Assembly (NCBI GenBank): GCA_038064435.1
Contig: JBBTTC010000001.1
Coordinates: forward strand, 3,170-67,169
Length of the DNA stretch: 64,000 nt
Direction of reading: 5' to 3'
Origin: Patescibacteria group bacterium
GTDB lineage: Bacteria > Patescibacteriota > Minisyncoccia > Phycocordibacterales > JACOZG01
Both the position numbers and the translations under genes were made by a program. The notes under the pieces are model-generated. The model was not told the origin of the DNA, made no database searches, and worked only from the letters and a program-made list of their open reading frames with translations. This document shows, in pieces, positions 1-8,710 of the stretch. How positions within the stretch are numbered: the stretch's first letter is position 1; every line of letters begins with the position of its first letter.

Positions 1-1034
1 TCTTTTCCGGTTACTTGCGCCGCGAGGGCGTGCGTTACCAGATGCTCAATGCTAAAAATCATGAGGAAGAAGGGCAAATTATTGCTGGGGCTGGCCAGAG
101 AGGCAGCGTGGTGGTGGCCACCAACATGGCTGGCCGTGGTGTAGACATTAAATTGGGTGGTGCGCTCGCCACGCCAGCCGTGGCCGAGGAGGTGAAGAAA
201 CTGGGTGGTCTCTTGGTGTTGGGCACCGAGCGGCATGAGGCGCGTCGGATTGATAATCAACTTCGTGGTCGTGCCGGCCGGCAGGGCGACCCGGGGGCGA
301 CGCAATTTTATATTTCACTCGAGGATTATTTAGCTCGAGTTTTTGCCGGTGACCGGGTGAAAAAATTAATGGGTCGTTTTGGCATTCCGGAAGATGAGCC
401 GATCGAAAACCGTTTGGTGTCACGGTCGATTGAGAGCGCGCAAGCCAAGATCGAAGGCGTTAATTTTGATCGTCGGCGCCATTTACTTGAATATGACAAT
501 GTTCTAAACACTCAACGCACGGCTATTTACCGTCGTCGCAATCAAGCTTTGTTTGGTCTCTCGGCTGATTTGGATGAATTGCTGGCCGGCGTGTCAGTAG
601 AAACTGTTACTGAACACAAACAACGTTTGGGCCAGGATACTTTTTATGTTGCTACTCGGCAGGCGGTTTTGGCCATCATTGATCGTTTGTGGATGGATCA
701 CCTCGAATCTATGGATTATTTAAAAAACATTGTTAGCTTGCGAGCTTATGGTCAACGTGATCCGTTGATTGAGTATCAAAAAGAAGGTTTGCGCCTGTTT
801 AAAGAGCTGGAAGAAAATTTGCGCCAAGCGTTGACTGAAGTATTGACTCGACCGGCTGCGCCGCGGCCGATAAAAATCAATTTGTCGCCGGTTAATCCAG
901 CTGTTAAATCAACCGTCAATCGTAACGATCCCTGCCCCTGCGGCAGTGGCAAAAAGTATAAGAAGTGCGGTTTGCTCAACACCTCTGAACATCAGCAAAA
1001 CTTATCCCCAACAACTCCAACCTCGGTCGCCTAA
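1..1034 (+). CDS. secA: Preprotein translocase SecA, C-terminal portion (5' partial, continues upstream of window)
   Basis: Translation shows the SecA motor/C-terminal region (NMAGRGVDIKLGG, RIDNQLRGRAGRQGDPG) and the C-terminal zinc-binding tail CPCGSGKKYKKC. The frame is open to the window edge. Confidence 0.9.
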   Translation, partial: FSGYLRREGVRYQMLNAKNHEEEGQIIAGAGQRGSVVVATNMAGRGVDIKLGGALATPAVAEEVKKLGGLLVLGTERHEARRIDNQLRGRAGRQGDPGATQFYISLEDYLARVFAGDRVKKLMGRFGIPEDEPIENRLVSRSIESAQAKIEGVNFDRRRHLLEYDNVLNTQRTAIYRRRNQALFGLSADLDELLAGVSVETVTEHKQRLGQDTFYVATRQAVLAIIDRLWMDHLESMDYLKNIVSLRAYGQRDPLIEYQKEGLRLFKELEENLRQALTEVLTRPAAPRPIKINLSPVNPAVKSTVNRNDPCPCGSGKKYKKCGLLNTSEHQQNLSPTTPTSVA

Positions 1035-1049
1035 ATTTGGTTTGCGGGG

Positions 1050-1058
1050 TGTTATAAT
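1050..1058 (+). promoter_or_regulatory. Extended -10 promoter element TGTTATAAT upstream of the LVIVD-repeat gene
   Basis: tgttataat at 1050-1058, about 20 nt before ATG 1079. No SD is visible, so the leader would be short. Confidence 0.4.
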
Positions 1059-1078
1059 TAGACGTCAATTTAATAGTA

Positions 1079-4000
1079 ATGAAGCATGTTTTTTGTCGTG
1101 GTTTAGTGACCAAAAACATCTTCCGGTTTGCAACTCGAATTTTTGTCGGGGGTTTTTTGTTATGGCTAATAGTGGGCAATATTTTCCCACTTCACACGAC
1201 CAAAGCCGCCATCAACCGTCAAATTAATTATCAGGGCAAGCTCACCAACGCTAGTAATGTGCCGGTGGCGGATGGCACCTACACCATTATTTTTGGTCTT
1301 TATACTGTCGCTAGCGGCGGCAGTGCCATTTGGGTCGAGACCCATAGTGCCACCACCACGCCGGTGACGGTTACTAATGGTCTTTTCAGCGTCATGCTCG
1401 GCAGTATTACCAGTTTGGCCAGCCTTGATTTTAACCAAACACTGTATTTGGGTGTCAATGTGGCCCTGGATGGCGAAATGACGCCGCGCAAAACTCTCGG
1501 CGCCGTACCCGGCGCCTTCGAGGCCGACAAACTTGATGGTCTCGACTCCACTTCATTTGTGCGTACTGACGCTGCTAGCACCATCACACTCGGTTCGGCC
1601 AGCACGCCACTCACCATTAATCAAACCAGTACCGGTAATATTTTTGAATTACAAGATGCCGGTTCACCAGTTTTTACCGTTTACGATGGCGGCCGGGTCG
1701 CCATGCTTCAGGCTTCGTCCACGCAATTATCGGTTTTCAACAATGCTTATTTTGGCGCCACGGCCACCTCAACGATTAATGCCACTGGCTGGATTGGTGT
1801 GGCTTCCAGTACACCGTGGGGGCTGCTATCGGTTGAGCTCGACACCACCAACCCGGGTTTTGTGGTGTCCAACAGTGGCAGTAGTACCCCGTCATTTTAC
1901 ATTGGCGGGGTTAATCAAAACGGTAACATTGGCATCGGCACCACCACGCCGTCGGAGCGCCTTGTTTTAGCTGGTGGCAATTTTGCGCAAACGCCAGGCA
2001 ATTTACGCACCGTCGGCAGTTTGGCTCTTAGTACCGAGCCGCGCGCCATCACAGTTGCTGGCCGTTATGCCTATGTTGTTGAACATGGCGACAGCACCCT
2101 CAGGATTATTGATCTGTCTAATCCAGTCTCGCCGGCTCAAATCGGCAGCGTGTCCATTAATGGTGTGTCGTCGGATGTGGCCGTGGCTGGTCGTTATGCC
2201 TATGTTGTTTCCAGCACCGACTTCCGCGTGATTGATGTGGCTAATCCCGCCGCACCCGTTACCCTTGGCACACTTTCGACGGGGATTTTAAATAAACATG
2301 TGCAGGTGGCCGGTGGTTATGCTTATGCCACAAATGACGTGACTAACGATATCAATGTTATCAACGTGACTGACCCTGCCGCGCCGGTTTCAGTGGGCGG
2401 TTATAATGCCGGTACCATCACGTCAATTTATATCGCTGGTCGCTATGCCTACGTTACCGACGATTCGAGTGACTCACTTCGCATCATCGATATTTCTAAT
2501 CCCGCCGCCCCGTCCTCGATGGTCTCATTTTCTGTTGGTACTTCACCTGATCAGGTGGTGGTCTCTGGCCGTTACGCTTATGTGGTGGATGATGCCACTG
2601 ATGACCTAAGAATCATTGATGTTTCCAATCCAGCATCGCCCTCCACCACCGCCTCCTTAAGTTTGGGCAGTCTTGTTTTTTACAGTCCGGGTAAGCCGCT
2701 GTTTGTCTCTGGCCGTTATGCCTATGTTGTTGATTCTAATCTTGATCTTTTGCAAGTAATTGACGTGGGGAATCCATCCAGTCCGTCCATTATTACTAGT
2801 TTGGCCATTGGCACCTCGCCGGCTTCTCTCGTGATCTCGGGTCGCTACGCTTATGTGGTGGATAATGGCAGTGATGATCTTAAGGTGATTGATATTTCTG
2901 GTATTGAGATTACATCGGCTAACGTTTATGCTCTCGAGGCCGGAATTTTGCAGGTGCGTGAGCGGGCGCATATCGATCAGCATCTCACGGTCGGCTCCAG
3001 TTTAAATGTCGGCAACGGCGGCATCTTTAGTGCCGGACCAATTTCCGTTGGCGTGGCCTCGTCCACGCAAAGTGGGGGAATCTCGGCGCTGTTCCATGGC
3101 AATGTTGGCATCGGCACCACTTCGCCTTATGCCAAATTGTCAGTAGTCGGAGAGACTGTGTCGCGCTATTTCACGGCCACCTCGACGACGGCTTCGTCGT
3201 TTGCTGGTGGCGTGACAATTCCGTCGGGAACCGGTCGTTACGCACAAACATTTACTGATACGACTAATGACGCTATGTCAATTACGGCGGCATCGTTAAC
3301 TTCGGGCCAAGCTCTACAAATTACTGGCCCAAGCGGTGGCACAACCGGAGTTAGTGATTTCTTGGTCTCGATTACCGGGGATGTTAATGACGTCGAATCA
3401 CCAGCGGCCCTGACATATTTGAATGCTACGTTTGATTCGACGGGATTAGGAACTGAAAACATGGCTAATTTAAGATTAGCAACAACAAACAGCACCACGG
3501 CCGGTGCGCCGGTGACTTTTGGTATTTATAATGGCATCACCGATTCCGCTAATGTGGGCGGCGAGACGTATGGTAGTTATGACACGCTCACTATTACGGG
3601 GAATCACAGTGGAGTGGAAACGGCCTACGGGTTTTATGCTGCCGTGAGCAACACCAATACCGCTGATCAAGGAACCAGAAATACCTATGGCGGATATTTT
3701 GTTGCGGCGGGGTCAACCAACGGCACTAGTTTGGCTTACGGGATTTATGTTTCGGCCACTGGTGCCGATACCAACTATGATGCCATTTTTGCCAATGGCT
3801 TGGTGGGTATTGCTACCGCCACACCAATTTCTACTTTGTCGGTGCAAGGATCGCTTTGTGTTCGATCCACTGGATCTTGTGGTAGTACGGCGGGCGAAAT
3901 TTATACTACTGGTGGTAATATTACATCTATCGACGTTGCCGAAAACTATCCGACCAAAGATGAGACGATAGAAGCCGGTGACGTTGTGGCACTATCCGAA

Positions 4001-4741
4001 GAAACACTATCTTATTTGTCACCATCGGCCGAGTCGGCTACTAGTACCAAGCGCGAGACTATTGGCACATTAATCAAGGCGCAGGCCGGTAGCGACCGGC
4101 CGTTACTCGGAGTAATTTCCACTAAACCTGGTCTGTTGTTTGGTTACGACATTAAGGATGTACCCATACGAGCCGTGGCTCTGACCGGTCGAGTGCCGAT
4201 TAAGGTCTCGACTGAAGGTGGGGAAATTAGGATTGGTGATCGGTTAACAGTTTCCTCTCGCCCTGGAATTGGCAAGAAAGCTTTACCGTCGGAACCAAGC
4301 GTCGGTATTTCTCTCGAGAATTTTTCTGACCAGTCGGTCGAATATGGTCGGATTATGGTTTTTGTAAATTTGGCCGATGGCCATCTTGATCGAGCGATTG
4401 ATGGTGGTGATATCAAGATTGTTTCGGCGCCACAACCGTTGGCTGGTTTGGAATTAAGTCCGGACGGAATATTGATAGTTAAAAAGATCCAGACTGAAGA
4501 GTTGTGTCTGGGGGGCACTTGTCTTAACGAAGATCAGCTCAAGTCATTATTAAAAACCATTACGCCCAATGCGCCACCGGTGCCACCTGAACCACCTCCG
4601 CAAGTTATACCAGAACCTGCGCCGGATGTAAAGGTTGAGGAAATAGCACCGGTTGAAATAGCGGAAGTCGTCGATGAATCTATGGGACAAGAACCAATGG
4701 TTGAACCAACGCTAGAGGTTTTAAAGGACGAGGAATTATAG
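1079..4741 (+). CDS. Large (1220 aa) secreted/surface protein with N-terminal signal-anchor, seven LVIVD-type repeats and an acidic Pro-rich C-terminus
   Basis: N-terminal hydrophobic segment IFVGGFLLWLIVGNIFPL. About seven repeats of roughly 44 aa each carry GRYAYVV....LRIIDxSNPxxP (LVIVD repeat, PF08309-like). C-terminus is PNAPPVPPEPPPQVIPEPAPDVKVEE. Confidence 0.7.
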   Translation: MKHVFCRGLVTKNIFRFATRIFVGGFLLWLIVGNIFPLHTTKAAINRQINYQGKLTNASNVPVADGTYTIIFGLYTVASGGSAIWVETHSATTTPVTVTNGLFSVMLGSITSLASLDFNQTLYLGVNVALDGEMTPRKTLGAVPGAFEADKLDGLDSTSFVRTDAASTITLGSASTPLTINQTSTGNIFELQDAGSPVFTVYDGGRVAMLQASSTQLSVFNNAYFGATATSTINATGWIGVASSTPWGLLSVELDTTNPGFVVSNSGSSTPSFYIGGVNQNGNIGIGTTTPSERLVLAGGNFAQTPGNLRTVGSLALSTEPRAITVAGRYAYVVEHGDSTLRIIDLSNPVSPAQIGSVSINGVSSDVAVAGRYAYVVSSTDFRVIDVANPAAPVTLGTLSTGILNKHVQVAGGYAYATNDVTNDINVINVTDPAAPVSVGGYNAGTITSIYIAGRYAYVTDDSSDSLRIIDISNPAAPSSMVSFSVGTSPDQVVVSGRYAYVVDDATDDLRIIDVSNPASPSTTASLSLGSLVFYSPGKPLFVSGRYAYVVDSNLDLLQVIDVGNPSSPSIITSLAIGTSPASLVISGRYAYVVDNGSDDLKVIDISGIEITSANVYALEAGILQVRERAHIDQHLTVGSSLNVGNGGIFSAGPISVGVASSTQSGGISALFHGNVGIGTTSPYAKLSVVGETVSRYFTATSTTASSFAGGVTIPSGTGRYAQTFTDTTNDAMSITAASLTSGQALQITGPSGGTTGVSDFLVSITGDVNDVESPAALTYLNATFDSTGLGTENMANLRLATTNSTTAGAPVTFGIYNGITDSANVGGETYGSYDTLTITGNHSGVETAYGFYAAVSNTNTADQGTRNTYGGYFVAAGSTNGTSLAYGIYVSATGADTNYDAIFANGLVGIATATPISTLSVQGSLCVRSTGSCGSTAGEIYTTGGNITSIDVAENYPTKDETIEAGDVVALSEETLSYLSPSAESATSTKRETIGTLIKAQAGSDRPLLGVISTKPGLLFGYDIKDVPIRAVALTGRVPIKVSTEGGEIRIGDRLTVSSRPGIGKKALPSEPSVGISLENFSDQSVEYGRIMVFVNLADGHLDRAIDGGDIKIVSAPQPLAGLELSPDGILIVKKIQTEELCLGGTCLNEDQLKSLLKTITPNAPPVPPEPPPQVIPEPAPDVKVEEIAPVEIAEVVDESMGQEPMVEPTLEVLKDEEL
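2043..2925 (+). repeat. Intragenic tandem DNA repeat (about 130-140 bp period, 7 units) encoding the LVIVD repeats
   Basis: The motif ggYcgYtaYgcNtaYgtNgtN recurs at about 2055, 2187, 2430, 2565, 2706 and 2838. The first unit is the most divergent. Confidence 0.7.
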
Positions 4742-4767
4742 TCCTATAGATTGTCCTTTATGAAGAA

Positions 4768-4801
4768 TCGTTCGTCGTGGTGAACGGTTTTTATTTTTTT
4801 C
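4768..4801 (+). terminator. Rho-independent terminator after the LVIVD gene
   Basis: Stem cgttc(4770-4774)/gaacg(4783-4787) followed by gtttttattttttt. Confidence 0.55.
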
Positions 4802-4939
4802 AAAATACGGCCCAGAACGTGATATTTTCATTGATTTTTAGTTGACCATTTGTTAGTTGTATTAACTGGAATAGCACGTTGACGATGATTGGCTCTTTGT
4901 AGTTGTTGACTCATTTTATTCAAGCTTAACCGCTAAGTC

Positions 4940-6097
4940 ATGACTCGAAGAGCTCCAGTGCTTGCTCTGGTGGCCCTCATTGTAGTTGGGCCGCTTTTTG
5001 CTGTTTCCGGCAATCGAGTTCAGGCGGCAGAAACTAGTAATGGTCCACAGTTGGAATTAGCTATTAGCGAGGAATTTACCGGCGGGTCGGTTGCCATGCC
5101 CAATACGGGAGATGGCGGCGGTGGGACGAATGGTAATAGTGTTAACGTCACGGAAGCGATCTCGAGTGAGAGTCAGTTTGTGGCGGAGGTCGGCGAAGGT
5201 AGTTTTACCACTGGTGCTCGACCAAGTAGTTCAGGCGCCAGTATCGTTAGTTCCGAGAGCGCGTTCCAAACAGCATCGGGTGGTGCGCGGGGCGACGTGG
5301 CAATTGGCGACGAAGTTTCGTTTACTACGGTTTTTGGCGAAGGGCAATTTACCACTTTAGCACCGCCGGGGGGTGGCGGTGGAGGTGGTGGTGGATCAGG
5401 TGGCGGCGGTAGTTCCGGCGAGGGCGGAAGCAGTGGTGGTGGCGGGGGTGGCGGCAGTTTGCGTCGTGTACCGCCACTAGCCACGGCCGGAGCAAGTGTT
5501 TGTCCACCGTATCTTTGGAAGTTTATCAAGCGAGGAGCCAACAACGATCCGGTGCAAGTGCGCCGACTTCAGACCTTTTTGCGTGACGAGCAGGGCTTTA
5601 AGGGTTTGGCGGTGACTGGTTTTTACGATGAGGTAACGTTTGCCGCAGTATCAGTGTTCCAGCGCCGTTATTTCCGTGATGTCTTGGCGCCCTGGGGGCT
5701 AAAAGATGCCACTGGTTGGGTGTATATCACAACCACATTGACGATCAACAATTTGCACTGCCAGCGGGACACTCGTCATAATCTTAACTTCCGATCTCAA
5801 GTCAAATCGGCAACCAGTTTGGTGCCGATTGCGACCTCTACTCCGATTGCACTGCTGGCCAGTAGCACAATAATTAACGCCAGTCCCCAGCCCATTGTTT
5901 CTGGTTGGGAGGAAGGATCTTGGTGGCTAATCGGTGTTTTGCTGGTGGCTTTCGGGGCAATGATTGGCTACATTAGCCAATTGCGAAAACGGGTTAAGGA
6001 ACTGGAAGCCCTGCCATCGCTTGATGGTGGGGATGATGGTTTGGATCAGTTTAATACTGACGGTATCAATGAAAATGATCAAATAGACGAAACGTAG
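4940..6097 (+). CDS. Secreted Gly-rich protein with peptidoglycan-binding (PG_binding_1-like) domain and C-terminal TM anchor
   Basis: Signal peptide MTRRAPVLALVALIVVGPLFAVSG. Poly-Gly/Ser linker (GGGGGGGGGSGGGGSSGEGGSSGGGGGGGS). Segment VQVRRLQTFLRDEQGFKGLAVTGFYDEVTFAAVSVFQRRY matches the PG-binding fold pattern. C-terminal TM WWLIGVLLVAFGAMIGYI followed by an acidic tail. Confidence 0.6.
   Translation: MTRRAPVLALVALIVVGPLFAVSGNRVQAAETSNGPQLELAISEEFTGGSVAMPNTGDGGGGTNGNSVNVTEAISSESQFVAEVGEGSFTTGARPSSSGASIVSSESAFQTASGGARGDVAIGDEVSFTTVFGEGQFTTLAPPGGGGGGGGGSGGGGSSGEGGSSGGGGGGGSLRRVPPLATAGASVCPPYLWKFIKRGANNDPVQVRRLQTFLRDEQGFKGLAVTGFYDEVTFAAVSVFQRRYFRDVLAPWGLKDATGWVYITTTLTINNLHCQRDTRHNLNFRSQVKSATSLVPIATSTPIALLASSTIINASPQPIVSGWEEGSWWLIGVLLVAFGAMIGYISQLRKRVKELEALPSLDGGDDGLDQFNTDGINENDQIDET
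5365..5458 (+). repeat. Low-complexity GGN/GGC simple repeat (poly-Gly/Ser linker coding)
   Basis: ggtggcggtggaggtggtggtgga... run. The antisense strand reads as a proline-rich ORF (5173..5544 -), which is an artefact. Confidence 0.6.
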
Positions 6098-6152
6098 TAG
6101 TGCTGTTTGGCGAAGCGTGGTGGTTCGTTGAAATTTAAACAAGGAGAAGCAA

Positions 6153-6701
6153 ATGAGGAAAACGGTTCTTGGTTTGATGGCTTGTGCGGGGTTGATGGGT
6201 TGCGGTTCAGTCACTGACGATAGTGGCTTGGAGTTGGTGGAGGTTGTTCCCAATGATCTTGTTGTTCTCGATGATCTGGAAGTGGGGGACGATGTTCACA
6301 TTGTTGGGAATTTGGTGGTCGATGGTACGATCACCAGCGGCGGCGGTAATGTGATGGTGCCGGAAGACGTTGACATTCTCGCCGCCAGTATTCTCGAACC
6401 CAATCATCTCGAGGAATTCAAAGTTGGTGATCTGGTGCCACTAAGCGTGATGGTTATTGGTCAAGGAGATTTCCATCTTGCTTGTCAATGGCCAGATGCC
6501 ACATTCAGCGATCAGGATTTGGTAATTGGCGTTGATGGGCTTGTAACGGTTGATTTTAATCATACCTTCTTGATTCCCATCAACACGGGAGCCATCAATT
6601 GTCGAGCGGCGTTAAAGCCGCTGGAAACCGATGAAGCGGAAAACGAAGATGGACCGGAACCGGTGACGGTCTCGGTTTACATCAACGTTGTCACGCCATA
6701 A
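6153..6701 (+). CDS. Acidic lipoprotein (signal peptide with LMGC lipobox), function unknown
   Basis: MRKTVLGLMACAGLMGCGS has a lipobox-like L-M-G-C. An RBS aaggagaagcaaATG precedes it. The mature protein is rich in D/E/V. Confidence 0.55.
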   Translation: MRKTVLGLMACAGLMGCGSVTDDSGLELVEVVPNDLVVLDDLEVGDDVHIVGNLVVDGTITSGGGNVMVPEDVDILAASILEPNHLEEFKVGDLVPLSVMVIGQGDFHLACQWPDATFSDQDLVIGVDGLVTVDFNHTFLIPINTGAINCRAALKPLETDEAENEDGPEPVTVSVYINVVTP

Positions 6702-6732
6702 ACATCGTTCGCAGTCCGCCTCCGGCGGACAG

Positions 6733-6772
6733 CCCCGCTCTCCGCCGCGGCGGAGAGCGGGGCTTTTTTATT
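6733..6772 (+). terminator. Rho-independent terminator
   Basis: ccccgctctccgcc gcgg cggagagcgggg forms a perfect GC-rich hairpin, followed by ctttttta. Confidence 0.75.
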
Positions 6773-6846
6773 TGCGCTGTTTCTTCATTTGTGGTAGCCA
6801 TAGTTGACAGCGTTTGTGAATTTTTAGTGGCTGATTTATCAATAAT

Positions 6847-7752
6847 TTGGCTAATATGAACAAGATTTTAATGCTTATGGCTTTGGTGGCACTAATGGTG
6901 CCGCCAAAGGCGGTGGCCGAGACGGTGGTTTTGGCGGCTTCGATTACGGCGCCGATAAACAATCATAACGCCACCGTTGGTCAGGATATTGCTTTTGCCG
7001 GTTCGGGCACGGGCGGTAATCCGCCCTATTCCTTCGTTTGGACCTTTGGTGATGGTACTAGCGAGGGTGGTCAATCATTTGCGAAAAGTTATGCTACGCC
7101 CGGCGATTACACCGTGACTTTGCAAGTGGGTGATTTCGATCGTCATACGGTTGAAGCGACTGTTCAGGTACATATTACCGACAGTCAGACGCCAGCGCCG
7201 AGCGCTACTCTGGACATGACGATTAATGGCAACTCGGGTGCTAGCGGGCCAGTGTCGGTTACGGCTGATACGGCTTTTACCCTTGCCTGGACGGGCACCA
7301 ATTTAACAGCTTGCACGGCGAGCGGTGATTGGTCGGGGGCAAAGGCCGCCAGTGGTTCCGAGACTATCCCAGGCATTAGCGGCTCGGCGACCAAAATCTA
7401 TTCTTTGTCTTGTGCGACCACAACTGGGCAAAACTTAATTGATAGTGTGAGCGCAGTGACCACCACTTCCGGCGGTGGCGATACCACCACTCTGGCTATC
7501 AGTAACATTCGCGTTACCGACGTGACGCACAACAGTGCCGTTATTCGTTGGACCACCAGTCGGGCTGCTGATAGCCGAGTGATCTACGACAGCACTTCCC
7601 GCAGTATTACCGGCCAGTCGGGACCCAATTACGGTTACGCTCTTTCCAGCCCGACGACCGATAGTTCTACTCCTGTGATTGAGCATGCTGTAACCATAAC
7701 CGATCTGTCGCCAAGCACTAGTTATTTTTTCCGCGTTTTGTCGCAGGGTTAA
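6847..7752 (+). CDS. Secreted protein with PKD-like and fibronectin-III-like domains
   Basis: Signal peptide MANMNKILMLMALVALMVPPKAVA. PKD signature ...YSFVWTFGDGTSEGGQSFAKSYATPGDYTVTLQV. C-terminal Fn3/PAP-N-like segment ISNIRVTDVTHNSAVIRWTT...YFFRV. Confidence 0.6.
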   Translation: MANMNKILMLMALVALMVPPKAVAETVVLAASITAPINNHNATVGQDIAFAGSGTGGNPPYSFVWTFGDGTSEGGQSFAKSYATPGDYTVTLQVGDFDRHTVEATVQVHITDSQTPAPSATLDMTINGNSGASGPVSVTADTAFTLAWTGTNLTACTASGDWSGAKAASGSETIPGISGSATKIYSLSCATTTGQNLIDSVSAVTTTSGGGDTTTLAISNIRVTDVTHNSAVIRWTTSRAADSRVIYDSTSRSITGQSGPNYGYALSSPTTDSSTPVIEHAVTITDLSPSTSYFFRVLSQG

Positions 7753-7777
7753 TTCAAGTGGTATATAATCTGACCGC

Positions 7778-8710
7778 TTGATCGATTTATCTGACCATCT
7801 CCAAAAACAAGTTTCGACCACCTTGCTCACAACCTTTGGCGTGGGCGGTTTGGCTGATTATTATTTGGCCGTCAAGAATGCCGATGAGTTGATCGCCGCT
7901 GTTAAATTGGCCCGTTCTCGTCATTGGTCATATTTCATTTTAGCCGGTGGGAGCAATGTTATTTTCCCGGAGCGTTATCGTGGACTTTTGATCCACTGGC
8001 TACCACAAACTGGTCAGCCAAAAGTTTTGGCCAGCCGGCGAGTGATGTGCGAGGCCGGTTTATCTCTGGGCAAACTTATTGTTTTTGTTAATCGGCGTGG
8101 CTTAGCTGGGCTGGAAACTCTAGCTGATATCCCGGGTACCGTCGGCGGCGCTGTGGTGGGTAATGCCGGTGCTTACGGGCGTACCGTTAGTGAGGTGGTG
8201 CGGCGGGTGGAAATTTTTGACGGCCAGCGTCGCCGTTTCATCGGTGCGCGCGCTTGCCGCTTTGCTTACCGTCATAGTGTTTTTAAAGAGCGACCGTGGT
8301 TGGTGTTGCAGGTGGAGATGGAGTTTGCGGCTGGCAAGCCGCGCACTCTGGCCAAGCGCAGTCGGGAAATTACTATTTTGCGCCGCCAAAGATATTTACC
8401 AACCATGCGTTGCCCGGGGAGCTATTTTAAAAATGTGTTGGCCAAAGAGGCTAGTGTGGCCACGCGCCGACTTATCCCGCCGGAAAAGATTATCGGCGGG
8501 AAAATTCCGGCCGGTTATTTATTAGAGTCGGTTGGAGCGTTGGGTCGGCGGGAGGGTGGCGTGGAGGTATCTGATTTCCACGGCAACTTATTTATTAATC
8601 GTGGCAATGCTACTATTAAGGATGTAAAAAAATTGTCGGGCGATCTCAAACGGCTTGTCCAGCAAAAGTTTGGTATTAAATTGGAAGAAGAAGTGCGTTA
8701 TGCCGGTTGA
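7778..8710 (+). CDS. murB: UDP-N-acetylenolpyruvoylglucosamine reductase MurB (TTG start)
   Basis: LTTFGVGGLADY, ILAGGSNVIF and LADIPGTVGGAVVGNAGAYG are MurB FAD-binding and active-site motifs. C-terminal FGIKLEEEVRYAG. The stop overlaps gatB. Confidence 0.85.
   Translation: MIDLSDHLQKQVSTTLLTTFGVGGLADYYLAVKNADELIAAVKLARSRHWSYFILAGGSNVIFPERYRGLLIHWLPQTGQPKVLASRRVMCEAGLSLGKLIVFVNRRGLAGLETLADIPGTVGGAVVGNAGAYGRTVSEVVRRVEIFDGQRRRFIGARACRFAYRHSVFKERPWLVLQVEMEFAAGKPRTLAKRSREITILRRQRYLPTMRCPGSYFKNVLAKEASVATRRLIPPEKIIGGKIPAGYLLESVGALGRREGGVEVSDFHGNLFINRGNATIKDVKKLSGDLKRLVQQKFGIKLEEEVRYAG

Noticed and set aside
5173-5544. Proline-rich 123-aa ORF on the minus strand
   Set aside because: It is the antisense reading of the GGN-rich poly-Gly linker of the 4940-6097 gene, a low-complexity artefact. 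Similar antisense ORFs (148..423, 1300..1617, 41327..41755 and others) were ignored for the same reason.
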